Origin: Escherichia phage vB_EcoP_SU7 | Strand: one strand, 5' to 3' | Length of the DNA: 64,000 nt | Sequence record: NC_070980.1 | Made by a program: the position numbers and the translations under genes | Part shown: positions 10,634 to 20,968 of the stretch, in pieces | How the letters are laid out: each line of letters starts with the position of its first letter | Numbering within the stretch: position 1 is the first letter of the stretch | Notes under the pieces: model-generated | Database searches by the model: none | What the model saw: only the letters and a program-made list of their open reading frames with translations | Told to the model about the DNA's origin: nothing

Positions 10634-11602
10634 ATGGCTTTATTCGGTGGTGGGAGTAGCAAGACTACTTCTAAAATGACAAGACCTGACTACATTCAGT
10701 CCTATATTGATCAGTTGGTCAATCAGGTTAATAGCACTAGTTCAGGCGATTATGTGTATCGAGAAAATGTTGGACTTAATCAAAACCAGCAAGAAGCTCT
10801 GAACAATCTATCACAATCTGGTGCATTAGGTGCACTTTCTTCTCAGTATATGGATGCTGCTCAATCTGGCTTAGGTTATCTAGATAATGCATACTCTGGA
10901 TATAACAACCTGTCTAACTCTGGTCAAATCACTGGGGAACAGATTGGTGCTCTTGCAGGCCAGCTCTATGACGATGAGGCTGTGCAAGCAGCTATTGCAG
11001 CGAATAATGAACAAACCCAACAGAGTTTGGCTAGGAATGCACTTCCTCAAATCTCTCAGCAGTTTGCTGGTCAGCAAGGTTCTGGTGCACGTATGGCTAA
11101 ATCTTTTGCTCAAGGTGATGCTCTGAACCAGATGCAGAACACAGCAACCAATATTACTAATAGTGCTTATGACTCCGCTCTAACTCAAGCACAGAACATT
11201 CTTTCTGGTAATAGACAAACACAAGCATCTGCTTTGGGTGGTTTATCTAACATTGGCTCCAATCTTGCTAATCTAGGAAACCAAGCTGGTCAGTTATCAC
11301 AACAGCAAATGATGAATCAGTGGAATGCAGGACTGCAACAGCAGCAACAACAGCAGTCTGATTTGAACAATGCTTATGAGAATGCTCAGAATGCCGCTAA
11401 TTGGGGTTGGCAGGATATTAACAATCAACTAGGTGCTGCCGGGGTTCTTAATGGAGCTTTAGGGACAACCACAACTACTAAAACATCTGGTGGTAGTGGA
11501 GGCTTCCTAGGTGGTGCTGCTAGCGGTGCTGCTGCTGGCTCAGCTTTTGGCCCTTGGGGTGCTTTAGCTGGCGGTGTTATCGGTGGCTTAGCTAGCTCTT
11601 AA
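10634..11602 (+). CDS. Gln/Asn/Gly-rich low-complexity virion protein (paralog B)
   Basis: Starts MALFGG…KTT; GLNQNQQEALNNL; poly-Q stretch; Gly/Ala-rich tail. Confidence 0.6.
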   Translation: MALFGGGSSKTTSKMTRPDYIQSYIDQLVNQVNSTSSGDYVYRENVGLNQNQQEALNNLSQSGALGALSSQYMDAAQSGLGYLDNAYSGYNNLSNSGQITGEQIGALAGQLYDDEAVQAAIAANNEQTQQSLARNALPQISQQFAGQQGSGARMAKSFAQGDALNQMQNTATNITNSAYDSALTQAQNILSGNRQTQASALGGLSNIGSNLANLGNQAGQLSQQQMMNQWNAGLQQQQQQQSDLNNAYENAQNAANWGWQDINNQLGAAGVLNGALGTTTTTKTSGGSGGFLGGAASGAAAGSAFGPWGALAGGVIGGLASS

Positions 11603-11616
11603 TTAGGAGAATAATT

Positions 11617-13284
11617 ATGCAACAAACTTCTTATGCGTATCTTCGCAGTCAAGACCCAAGAAATCAGATTTATGGTGTTAAACAAGGGGCCGCTTCGGCC
11701 TCTCCATACATGGCAAGACCTGCTTACCCAGCTGCTGATGTTTCAATGTATAGTCAGAGACCTCCTGCCTCTCCTGTAGGTTTATCCTCTCTTGTTGCTA
11801 CTGCTCAAGAAGACCAAGAAGCTATGTTAAATCCGGGATTTAGGCAGCGCCTTATGGAAGCAGAGAATCAAGGGACTCCTACAAGCCTTCAGGGTATTGA
11901 TATTGGCGAACCAGCTCCTGCTATGAATAACCCAGATCTATCCTCTGATGAGGGTCTACAAGCTGCTGGGTTGATGCCTAGTGACCCACTTCCTGTTACT
12001 CCTCCTCGTAAACCTCTGGAAGAAACAGATAAAGAGTTCTCTCCAGTTCAGGTGGAACAGGCTCAGAATGTTATTAACACTTTAGCTAATAGTAATCCAG
12101 CTCCTGAAGGTATGGCTGGTGCAACTCGTGCTAAAGACCAAGAACGTATTAATAATGATATTATGGAAGTAGCTAAAGCTAAAGATCCAGCACAAGCTTG
12201 GAATGAGCTTCAGAAGCAACCGTTCTACCAGAAGTCTAGTTTCTATACTGGCTTAATGGGTGTTGGTCTTTCTATCATGTCAGGTAAATCCCCTATTGAA
12301 GCTTTCCAGATTGGTTCTGGCTTAGCTGCTCAGGATGAAACTAAACAACAACTAGAAGCCAACCGTGATGCTCTGTTAGAACAAGGCTATTCTCAAGATT
12401 CAGTTGCTGCTGCAATTGCTTCGGGAGATCCCTCCCTTCTCAAAATGCGTCAGATTAGTCCTCAGGAGAAGATGGCTCTTGCTGCTCAGGATGAAGAACG
12501 TGCTAATCGTGAGTGGGATAGACGTCAACAGATTCAAGAGAATTCGATGCGGGAACGTGCTGCTGAAACTCGTCGTGCTGCTGAAGAACGTGCTAATGCT
12601 CAGTTCGAGAAACAGAAAGAACTTATTGGATATCGTGATCAAGTTAAAGCAGAGCGTGCAGAGAAGGCTGCTCAGAGCTTTACTTTCAACCCTAAAGAAG
12701 TTCGTCTGGCTCAGAACACAGCAGAAGGTACAGTTGCTAAGCAGTGGGCAGAGAAAGCAGGTCTGTTCAACCAGTCTCATAAGGACTTGGATTTAGCAGA
12801 CAAAGCTGTTAAGGATAAGGATTACCAAACTGCTCGTTCTGCTTACATGCAGGCTATTATGAACTCCGCAAGGGCAGAAATTGGTGCTAACCGTTCTCTC
12901 CAAGCTGATGACTTGGCTCACTTTGCAGAAGACCCGTCAATCTTCGTTAAGGTTGGTAATACTTGGTCCCTTAAAGCAGGCTATCGTCCTTCTGATGCTG
13001 CTCTGTCATATGCTCGTAAGCAGGCAACTGTTGGTGCTACTTCCGCTGAGAAAGGTGTGAAGGATGCTAAGAAAGCAACAATTGAGGCATATATCGGTTC
13101 TGGTATGGATAAGAAAAGAGCTACAGCTCTTGTCAACCGTGCTATCCCATCTGCTGGTTTCTATGACCCATTCGGTACGTTTGAGAGTGAAGCTGAAGCA
13201 GCTGTTGGTGGAGATACTACAAATCCTCGCTTAACAGGTGCTCTTTCTTCTTCAGCGGCAGATACGAGTTGGATGTTCCAGTAA
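11617..13284 (+). CDS. internal virion / ejection protein (unknown)
   Basis: 555-aa ORF with RBS; charged coiled-coil middle. Confidence 0.6.
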   Translation: MQQTSYAYLRSQDPRNQIYGVKQGAASASPYMARPAYPAADVSMYSQRPPASPVGLSSLVATAQEDQEAMLNPGFRQRLMEAENQGTPTSLQGIDIGEPAPAMNNPDLSSDEGLQAAGLMPSDPLPVTPPRKPLEETDKEFSPVQVEQAQNVINTLANSNPAPEGMAGATRAKDQERINNDIMEVAKAKDPAQAWNELQKQPFYQKSSFYTGLMGVGLSIMSGKSPIEAFQIGSGLAAQDETKQQLEANRDALLEQGYSQDSVAAAIASGDPSLLKMRQISPQEKMALAAQDEERANREWDRRQQIQENSMRERAAETRRAAEERANAQFEKQKELIGYRDQVKAERAEKAAQSFTFNPKEVRLAQNTAEGTVAKQWAEKAGLFNQSHKDLDLADKAVKDKDYQTARSAYMQAIMNSARAEIGANRSLQADDLAHFAEDPSIFVKVGNTWSLKAGYRPSDAALSYARKQATVGATSAEKGVKDAKKATIEAYIGSGMDKKRATALVNRAIPSAGFYDPFGTFESEAEAAVGGDTTNPRLTGALSSSAADTSWMFQ

Positions 13285-13304
13285 TCTAAGACCTAAGTCC
13301 TATC

Positions 13305-13322
13305 TCTTATAATGTATATAGG
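13305..13322 (+). promoter_or_regulatory. candidate promoter with TAATGTATATAGG motif
   Basis: TTATAATGTATATAGG about 35 nt upstream of the 13355 start; the same core recurs at 23084-23096 (-), 23157-23171 (+) and 35528-35543 (-). Confidence 0.35.
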
Positions 13323-13354
13323 AGGTAGGACATTTTTATTTATAAGGAGACGTT

Positions 13355-16300
13355 ATGGCTAATTTAAAATCGTGGGAAGAAGCTTCCAAAGCTCCTGCGT
13401 ATCTGAATGCCTCTCCAGAGCAACAGGCTCAAATGAGAGAACAATACAAGGCAGCAGGGGGCACTATTCCTGAGACTCAACCACAAGAGCAACCACAACA
13501 AGAAGAACGAGGTGTTATTGGGGAGTTTGCTCAAGGTGTGTCTAACGCTCTTCAATCAGGTGGTGCTAACATTGCAGCTAGTGCTGCTAAAGGTTTAGGT
13601 GGGCTGGTAGAGATTGGTGAAAACCTAACTGGTTCGGAAACAAGCTATGGTAAGCGCATTCAAGAGAACTCTAAGCAATTGCTGGAAGAACGCTTATCCA
13701 AGATAGGAGATGGTTTTGGTAAAACAGCTGGTCAGTATGCTGGTGTTGCTGCTGATATTGGTTTGACAGTTGCAAACCCTGCTGTTGCTGCTGCTGTTAT
13801 CACAGCTCGTGAAACAGGTCGTGCTTATGCTGATCAAACTCCTAAAGAAGATGAAGATAAGTCAATCTTAGATGCTGCTCTTGTTGGTGGTGCTAACTAC
13901 GCTGCTCAGAAGATACTTCCGGGCATGACTGGTACAGCTTCTACTACTCTAGGTCGTGTAGGACAAAGCGTAGCCTCTAACGCGGTTGCTGGTGCTAAGG
14001 GTGGTGCTATTGTTGGTGCTGCTGAAGCTCAGAACAAATATGGAGATGATACTACTCTAGCTAATGTCTTAGAAGGGGCTATTGAAGAAGGTGCACTCGG
14101 TGCCGCTTATGGTGGGGCGATTGGTGGGGTTCATGGGTTAATAAGTCGTCCTAGTCCTCAAGTGTTTGATCGTACTCCTGAGCATGTTAAGACTGACATT
14201 GCTGCTGAAGATGAGGCTATTCGTAAAGCTGCTAACGCTGATGAACTTCGTGAAGCCTATGCTAAAGCTGAGAATGCTAATGCTGCCTCTGCTTTAAACC
14301 TTCTGGATGAAAATGGTTTCCGAATCACAGATGCAGTTGCTATGGACTCTCCTGCTGTTCAACGTATATTAAATACAGATCAAAGTCGTGCAGAGAAGGC
14401 TGCTACGGTTCAGAAAGATAGTTCTAACGTTCCCGGTCTTAATCCTTTAGCTTCTCCTAAGAAGACTCAAGGTAAAGCTTTTGCTGACAATGAGTACAAC
14501 CAGAAACAAGCTGTGGCAATGAAAGATGCAATGGCTGACTACACTAAAGATAACACCAAAGCCCTTACTGATGTTCTAGACAATCTAGACCGAGAGTTAG
14601 TAGCTCTGAGAGCAAGTGGTGATTTTACTGGTAGTGCTATTGACATTAAAAACCGTACTCAAGCTGATCGTGATTTTATTGATGCTTATAAAACTTTTTA
14701 CAGTGAAGCTAATCGTTTCAAAGCTCGTGATGGTGAAGACCTAAACAACTTCATTGATAAAGCTACTCAGTTGCAGAAGCTCTCTGAAAATGTTTCTCCA
14801 GAAATGAAGAAGGCCATTGGTGGATTAAAGAAACTAAAAGGTATGCCTGAAGGTTTTAACCCTATCCAAGATGCTTTCACTCTGAATAATACAGCTAAGT
14901 TCATGAGTAACCAAGACCGTGGTTGGACCTCTCTGACTGATGACGGTTTTCGTGAAGCTCCGGCTCCTGTGTTAGTTAAGAACCCCCTCGGTGCAGCCAA
15001 GTATGTACTTAACCGCTTTACTTCCGATCGTGCTCGTGCTCAACGTGAGAAGCAACAGTCAGCTAATAGTGAAGCTATCCGCTCTTTGGCTAGGGCTGAT
15101 TTAGAAGTACAACGAGCTAGGACTCAGGCTGAAGAAGCAAGAGCAAAAATGGAAGAAGAACCAACCACAGAAGACATCAAATTCCGTACTCAAAATGATG
15201 CACCTTCCGAACCGGTTCGTGAGGAGCCTTCTGCTACTACTGTGACGGAAGAAATTCCTTCCTCTCCAGCTCCAACTGAAACACCTCTTACTGCGAGGGA
15301 TTTGGTTGCTCAAAGACGTGCTCTACAACAAGCAGAACTTAGACGTCAAGAAGCGGAAGCTGCTCAGGCTCAAGAAAGCACTACTCCAGAACCTGAACCA
15401 CAGCAAGAAGCATTGACAGCGAGAGAGCTAGTAGCTCAGCGCAGGGCTGTAGCAGAAGCGAAGAAACGTCAAGAAGCAGAGGAGGCAGAACGTGCCAAAG
15501 AAGCTCCTGAGAAGACCGTAGAGGAACCTCAAGAGAAACCTGAGCCATTACCTGCTCGTGCGCCTAAAGCTCCTGAGAAGGCTCCTGAGCCTGTTAAACC
15601 ATCACTCGGTGTAGAGCGTCTGGCTTCCATGTCAACTGCTGCCCGTCAGGCAACAAAAGATCGTGCTGACCGATTTGCTCGTTCTTTGTATTCGGCTGCT
15701 GCTAAAGCTAAAGCTACTGCGGAAAACTTCCTTTCTTATAAAGGAGACCCTAAAGAGCTTATGCGTCGTATCCGTCAGGAAGACCAAGCAAACAACACAC
15801 AGCGTCATGAAGAGATGGCTAGAAACCAGCTAGCTTCACAGCAAGGTATTGCTTCTGCTAAGTCTCAACATGTTCGTTCTTCTTTTGCTGATTGGGTAAA
15901 AGAGCGTGGATTGCCTTCTGATATTGCTACTAAGGCTTTACGTGCTGAAGAGAAGGGTTTGGGTGGAAACGTCACAAGTCTAGACTCACTGAAACGAAGA
16001 GCTGAGCGTTTATATCAGAAACAGAGAGATGATGAATTTGACCGTCTCTATCGAGAGGCTCTGGAAGAGAATAAAGCTTTTGACAAGAAAGATGCTCCTA
16101 AACTGGTAGATCAGAAGAAAGAGCTTCAGGATGAAATTGGTACACTGCTTGATGCAGAACCGTTACGTCCTGCTCAGAAAGATGCTATGCGTAGGATTAT
16201 GGAAGACTTCGTGGAGAGTAAGTTTAAATCTTCAGAGAGAGCTGGAAGGGTTGAGGCTTTGGAAGTTGGTCAGATGAAGGATGTGTGGGATGGGTTTATT

Positions 16301-17800
16301 AATACCTATAACCGAGAAGTTAACATGTTCAACAAGGCTAACAAGAATTCTCAATACGAAGCAGCAGCTAAACACTTGCAAGCACGTCAAGAACGTCTTG
16401 AGACGCTCCGTAACAGAGCTAAAGCTCGCAGTGATGCTAAGGCAGCCATGGAGGCTGAGAAGCAGTCCTTGGAGGCTATAGCGGCTCAGAAATCCGAGAT
16501 GGAGAAGATGTTCAAAGAGTTGCCTGAAAGTGTCAGAGAAGCTCAGGAAGGTCGTACTTTGAAGCAGCTTGCTGCTCACCACGATAAAAACTCTCCAGTA
16601 CCACCAGAGCGTTTCCGTAGTATTATTGAACGTATTCACAACGCTGAGAGTGATTACCTCGATCGCAAACGTCGTTTGACCGAAGCAGAGGAAGATGCTC
16701 GTGAGGCTAAGTGGAACAGGATGTATGAACAGGCTGAGGAAATGAACCGTAGGTTTGATATTGATTCTAGAGTGAAGAGAGATAAGGCTCTGAAAGAAGC
16801 TCAGGAACGGGAGAATGACCTAATGGCAGTTCAACGTCAACGTGACGACATTCATAAGCGTTTAGTCAACACTCTGGAAGAGAAGGGGGTTTCTAGGGAG
16901 GATGCTGAAGCGTATGCTGGTTCTTATATGGACAATCGGTATGCTTTGTTAGAGAAACCTATGACTCCAGTGGAACATCAGAATGCTCGTGCTCGTATCG
17001 AATCTGACGTAGAGAAGTTTGTTAAGAAGTATGAAACAGCTACTCCAATCGAAAGAGAGATTGCTAAGGCAACTGGTGATGCAGATGGGAAAGCTTCTGA
17101 CCTTGATGCAGAAACAGCAAAAGCTATCGAAGATGCTCGTAAAGTTGATTCTGATTTTAAGAAACTTTTAGATGAAGAGAAAGAAATGGAGAAGATTCGT
17201 TCGGCTCTACCTGAGGATGAAAGATCTCAGGCTAACTCTGATATTCTTGAAAGTATTAAGAAGCAGGAAGATGACTTTGCTAACAAAGCAGAGAAAGCTT
17301 TTATTGAAGGGAAAGACTTGCAGGAGTTGGCGAGTGTTGCAGAGGTTCTAGATAGGGTTCATGGTGCAGATAAGGCTGGTAACAACCGTCGATTTGTGCG
17401 TGCTCTACAGACTGCTGCTGAGAACAAGAAACGTTATGGAGATAATCCAGTGGCTTGGTTTAGTGCTGATGATTATTCTGCTATTGCGAAACTTGGTGCT
17501 GCTTCGGCAGGTGGTAACAAATCTCGAGCACTTGAGAAGATCTTTGGTTCTACAGCAGAACAAGCTAAAGGGAAACTTTTAGGGAGGGATGATGTAGCTA
17601 AGATTAGACGTGTGATTGAAGCGAATCCTAATGCTAAGATTCCTTCTTACAAGACAACTACTCGACAAGAGTATTTACAGTTCTTGGAGAAGTATAATGA
17701 CGAGGGAGAGTTGAAAGTCAAACGTGGTTCTCTGTCTGACAAGTTGGAGAGAAGTAAGCGTCAAGCTAAACTTCGTGTTAGAGTTCGAGCTAAGGAGTAA
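13355..17800 (+). CDS. very large charged coiled-coil protein (internal virion / ejection or tape-measure-like)
   Basis: 1,481 aa, Ala/Glu/Lys/Arg-rich with long helical repeats; last gene of the + module; terminator follows. Confidence 0.7.
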   Translation: MANLKSWEEASKAPAYLNASPEQQAQMREQYKAAGGTIPETQPQEQPQQEERGVIGEFAQGVSNALQSGGANIAASAAKGLGGLVEIGENLTGSETSYGKRIQENSKQLLEERLSKIGDGFGKTAGQYAGVAADIGLTVANPAVAAAVITARETGRAYADQTPKEDEDKSILDAALVGGANYAAQKILPGMTGTASTTLGRVGQSVASNAVAGAKGGAIVGAAEAQNKYGDDTTLANVLEGAIEEGALGAAYGGAIGGVHGLISRPSPQVFDRTPEHVKTDIAAEDEAIRKAANADELREAYAKAENANAASALNLLDENGFRITDAVAMDSPAVQRILNTDQSRAEKAATVQKDSSNVPGLNPLASPKKTQGKAFADNEYNQKQAVAMKDAMADYTKDNTKALTDVLDNLDRELVALRASGDFTGSAIDIKNRTQADRDFIDAYKTFYSEANRFKARDGEDLNNFIDKATQLQKLSENVSPEMKKAIGGLKKLKGMPEGFNPIQDAFTLNNTAKFMSNQDRGWTSLTDDGFREAPAPVLVKNPLGAAKYVLNRFTSDRARAQREKQQSANSEAIRSLARADLEVQRARTQAEEARAKMEEEPTTEDIKFRTQNDAPSEPVREEPSATTVTEEIPSSPAPTETPLTARDLVAQRRALQQAELRRQEAEAAQAQESTTPEPEPQQEALTARELVAQRRAVAEAKKRQEAEEAERAKEAPEKTVEEPQEKPEPLPARAPKAPEKAPEPVKPSLGVERLASMSTAARQATKDRADRFARSLYSAAAKAKATAENFLSYKGDPKELMRRIRQEDQANNTQRHEEMARNQLASQQGIASAKSQHVRSSFADWVKERGLPSDIATKALRAEEKGLGGNVTSLDSLKRRAERLYQKQRDDEFDRLYREALEENKAFDKKDAPKLVDQKKELQDEIGTLLDAEPLRPAQKDAMRRIMEDFVESKFKSSERAGRVEALEVGQMKDVWDGFINTYNREVNMFNKANKNSQYEAAAKHLQARQERLETLRNRAKARSDAKAAMEAEKQSLEAIAAQKSEMEKMFKELPESVREAQEGRTLKQLAAHHDKNSPVPPERFRSIIERIHNAESDYLDRKRRLTEAEEDAREAKWNRMYEQAEEMNRRFDIDSRVKRDKALKEAQERENDLMAVQRQRDDIHKRLVNTLEEKGVSREDAEAYAGSYMDNRYALLEKPMTPVEHQNARARIESDVEKFVKKYETATPIEREIAKATGDADGKASDLDAETAKAIEDARKVDSDFKKLLDEEKEMEKIRSALPEDERSQANSDILESIKKQEDDFANKAEKAFIEGKDLQELASVAEVLDRVHGADKAGNNRRFVRALQTAAENKKRYGDNPVAWFSADDYSAIAKLGAASAGGNKSRALEKIFGSTAEQAKGKLLGRDDVAKIRRVIEANPNAKIPSYKTTTRQEYLQFLEKYNDEGELKVKRGSLSDKLERSKRQAKLRVRVRAKE

Positions 17801-17807
17801 ACAAGAA

Positions 17808-17848
17808 AAGCCCCCAACCTGTAAAAAGGAAGGGGGCTTCTTTATTTC
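17808..17848 (+). terminator. rho-independent terminator
   Basis: AAGCCCCC…GGGGGCTT stem followed by CTTTATTT. Confidence 0.55.
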
Positions 17849-18028
17849 TAGATACAGGTTCGACGTTTTATATCAAACCTTTATCACTTCTCTTGCCATA
17901 TCTACTGTACAGTAGGGGTGTGTCCTTACTCTTAATAGGAACTATTAGAACAAAGAGAAAACCCAAGGCTACTAGAATCCATCAAATTCGTCATACATCC
18001 CAATTTTATTCTTCAATCATAAAATCTC

Positions 18029-18328
18029 CTAGATTAAATCATAATACTTAATAATATCAGAGAGTTTGAACTCTCGAATGTCGTTCTTGTCGTTGTCCCA
18101 AGCGGTCATTATCCAACAAGGTTTGCCCCCATTATGATAACGGGAAGAAGCAACTGAGGTTCGTAAAGGAATAACGGAGCGGTCTGCAATCTCGCCTCTC
18201 CAATTACGATAGCTAAAGCGAAGAACTTGTTTCGTAGATACTTGATCATGTGTGTTTTCCTTATTCATAGATTCAAAGACTTCCTTCTCTTCAGGAGTCT
18301 CTAGATTTTTTAAATTCGCGTCTTGCAT
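18029..18328 (-). CDS. hypothetical protein
   Basis: ORF on the replication strand; start placed at the internal ATG (MQDANL…); start uncertain. Confidence 0.4.
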   Translation of the reverse strand: MQDANLKNLETPEEKEVFESMNKENTHDQVSTKQVLRFSYRNWRGEIADRSVIPLRTSVASSRYHNGGKPCWIMTAWDNDKNDIREFKLSDIIKYYDLI

Positions 18329-18695
18329 CGTTTTCCTCTTTAGTCTTAATCTTATGGCAAGACTCTTTACATAAGACTTGAAAACCATCTTTCTCAACTA
18401 AAGCCCTCTCGATGATTTCATCCCAAGTAGCTTCATGGTCCACTGGAACAATAGGCTCGATGTGGTCGACAGCCACCTCTTTCAGAGGAGAGTCATTACC
18501 GCACATGGCACACTTGTAGTGCATTGCCAGCTTGCCAGTCTTAGGGTTGATTTTACGTTCTGTCTGAGCTTCTTTGAGAGCATCAAACATAGGCTTCCAC
18601 TTTCTAGTCAGAGAACGAATCCCTGACTTAATGAAGGAGTTATAACGTGCTTCAGTCCACTGACCAGAGCATCTTGTCTTCTCAGCTTTCGCCAT
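18291..18695 (-). CDS. HNH endonuclease
   Basis: CAMCGND…VDHIEPIV…CH, an HNH zinc-finger nuclease motif. Confidence 0.55.
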   Translation of the reverse strand: MAKAEKTRCSGQWTEARYNSFIKSGIRSLTRKWKPMFDALKEAQTERKINPKTGKLAMHYKCAMCGNDSPLKEVAVDHIEPIVPVDHEATWDEIIERALVEKDGFQVLCKESCHKIKTKEENDARREFKKSRDS

Positions 18696-18873
18696 AACCT
18701 ACATCCATATCAGCGTCTTCCCAAATGCGTTTATTGACTCGGTGTGATTCTTTATCAGCACGAGGGATACGACCTGTGCGACGATCAAATGCTTGGTGCT
18801 TAATCTTTTGATCTTTACGAGATTCACGAGTAGAGGAGTTTTCATCATACGAACGATAGTCAAATTTACCCAT
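18682..18873 (-). CDS. small basic hypothetical protein
   Basis: 63-aa Arg/Lys-rich ORF tightly packed between neighbours. Confidence 0.35.
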   Translation of the reverse strand: MGKFDYRSYDENSSTRESRKDQKIKHQAFDRRTGRIPRADKESHRVNKRIWEDADMDVGYGES

Positions 18874-18886
18874 TATAATATCCTTA

Positions 18887-19705
18887 TTACCAAGTTTTAT
18901 CTAACCATGACCAATCAAAGAGGTCACCTTCAGCTTGTCCAACGAAGAGCAATCGAGCATTTTCTAACATCTTAGCTTCTGCTTCTTCCTCGAACCTTTT
19001 ATAGTATTCCATTCGTATAATATGATAAAGAGTCCACTTATCGAATACCTTCTCAATAAGTTTGATTGCAGCCTTACTACCAATGCCTTTACGACGCATT
19101 ACTAGATTGCCACCCCACATCATTTCAACCTTCTCACCACATCCGGGAATGTTATCTGTGCTATCCCCGATCAGCATTTGGTAGAAGAAGTTCTGCCATG
19201 CTACTTCCTCTGATACATAATGAGGGGGTACTTCTTTCTGTCTCTCCCCGCAAGCCCAACGGTAATGCCATCCGGGGGTGATTAACAAATCTTTATCACG
19301 GGTGCAAATGATAGTGTTCTTATCACGTCTCTGTCTTTCAGCTAAGGCATCATCTGCCTCTCTCCCAAAAACTTCTACGTATTCGTAATTCTCTTTAATG
19401 TAGTCACTAACATTTTGCCAGTGGTGAGGTCTTTCTCCCGGTGGTCGATTAGCTTTATAGCCTTGCTGCTTAGCAATATCAAACCGAAAATTACCACCTT
19501 CGCTGAAGTAAAAGATTGTTTTCTCGCAACCAGACCTTGCAATGATTACATCTATTTTATGTTGAAGTCGTTCAATCAAGAATCCATAATCAACTGGAAC
19601 ACGACCTGTGTCTAGAAAAGGATGCTCTTGTGTAAGAGCACCGACTTCATATCGCAGAACATCTCCGTCCACAATTGCTACTTCAGGATAGATTACATCA
19701 GACAT
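18887..19705 (-). CDS. 5'-3' exonuclease / flap endonuclease (FEN, T5 D15 / T4 RNase H family)
   Basis: H3TH motif LIGDSTDNIPGCGEK…KGIGSKAA; ATG at 19705 lies 2 nt after the upstream gene stop. Confidence 0.8.
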   Translation of the reverse strand: MSDVIYPEVAIVDGDVLRYEVGALTQEHPFLDTGRVPVDYGFLIERLQHKIDVIIARSGCEKTIFYFSEGGNFRFDIAKQQGYKANRPPGERPHHWQNVSDYIKENYEYVEVFGREADDALAERQRRDKNTIICTRDKDLLITPGWHYRWACGERQKEVPPHYVSEEVAWQNFFYQMLIGDSTDNIPGCGEKVEMMWGGNLVMRRKGIGSKAAIKLIEKVFDKWTLYHIIRMEYYKRFEEEAEAKMLENARLLFVGQAEGDLFDWSWLDKTW

Positions 19706-20294
19706 AGAGACCTCTCCGTGTCTCTTCAATAATCCACTCTAAATCCTCAACTGCCTCTTCTACAGAACGGTCATTAAAGAGGAGGTAGGTTGGTAGGTTT
19801 GTTCCTTCAATATAAGAACGGGAGTCCCCTTCAAAGGAGCAGCCATCGCGGAGAACCTGAACCACTCGAACATGGAAGTGTTTCTCTAGTTCTTCAACTT
19901 CTGCTTTAAAACCACCATCAGAGAAGACGATAACATCATTCTGTGATGGGATATGTTGTTGGATACTGCTAACAGCAAGTTTACCCATGCAGGTCTCACC
20001 AAACATAGGCTTCAGGTAATTCTCGCTAGTTGCAATCATCAAGTCTCGAACTGACTTACCGCCCCATTCAGGACGGACAAGTTCTTTCCACTCACGGTCG
20101 TTGTACAGCTCCATGAACTCGTAAAGAGGTAGACCTAATGCAGCAGCAGCCACTCGATACATAGGCTCCTTAAAAGCCCTTACATGCGGCCTAAACTCAG
20201 TGTTACCAGTGGTCTTCTCTAACCAAGCACTGGCGATTGTATCTTTACCGCAACCCGGAGGTCCATTTAGAATTACTACTAATGGTTTACTCAT
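19698..20294 (-). CDS. P-loop kinase, deoxynucleoside monophosphate kinase-like
   Basis: Walker A NGPPGCGKDT; size and layout resemble phage dNMP kinases (recalled, not searched). Confidence 0.45.
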   Translation of the reverse strand: MSKPLVVILNGPPGCGKDTIASAWLEKTTGNTEFRPHVRAFKEPMYRVAAAALGLPLYEFMELYNDREWKELVRPEWGGKSVRDLMIATSENYLKPMFGETCMGKLAVSSIQQHIPSQNDVIVFSDGGFKAEVEELEKHFHVRVVQVLRDGCSFEGDSRSYIEGTNLPTYLLFNDRSVEEAVEDLEWIIEETRRGLYV

Positions 20295-20944
20295 TATTGA
20301 ATCATCCCTTGAAGATCTTCTTTATCAAAGTGCTTCTCTACTACCGCTTCATACAGATCACGATTCTCCGAATAACGGCGATAGAAGGTTCCGTGTGAAA
20401 TTCCCAGCTCTTGCTGGATGTGATCATGAGGTATACCGAGGAAGAGCATTGAGAACATACTTGCCATCTTGCGGTTTTCCATAATATCACTTAGGTCCTG
20501 GAAGAAGAAAAAGATTCTAGATTCCAAGAATGGGTCTCCAGTAGAATCATGCTTATCCATAGCAATCTCTAAAGGACTTTCCCATGAATTCATCTCGGGA
20601 GGTCTAAACATATCAGCCTCTGGAATAGAATAGATACGTCTGTCTCCAACTGTCTGACGATTAGAACGAATCGACCAGATGATATTCTTCACACGATAAG
20701 TCATGTGTTCAATATCTTTTTCATCGGTAAGCAATAGTTCTTCTTGCTTTGCAAATACAAAACGCCAAGAGTTCAGTAACACTTCCTGAGCAACATCCTC
20801 TGCTTCGTGATAATCTTTAATGTCGTACATAAAATACTTATGCACAACTTTCCAATTCTCTCGATAGAATTCATCGAAGGTTGGGTAGTACTTAATAGGT
20901 ATGCCATGAATACGATAGCGTGTGGGTGTTGTCTTTTTCTTCAT
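20294..20944 (-). CDS. phage-encoded sigma factor-like protein
   Basis: Region 2-like [13 protein letters not shown] and region 4-like [15 protein letters not shown]. Confidence 0.5.
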   Translation of the reverse strand: MKKKTTPTRYRIHGIPIKYYPTFDEFYRENWKVVHKYFMYDIKDYHEAEDVAQEVLLNSWRFVFAKQEELLLTDEKDIEHMTYRVKNIIWSIRSNRQTVGDRRIYSIPEADMFRPPEMNSWESPLEIAMDKHDSTGDPFLESRIFFFFQDLSDIMENRKMASMFSMLFLGIPHDHIQQELGISHGTFYRRYSENRDLYEAVVEKHFDKEDLQGMIQ

Positions 20945-20968
20945 AAGTCATCCTTAACTTACTTTACA

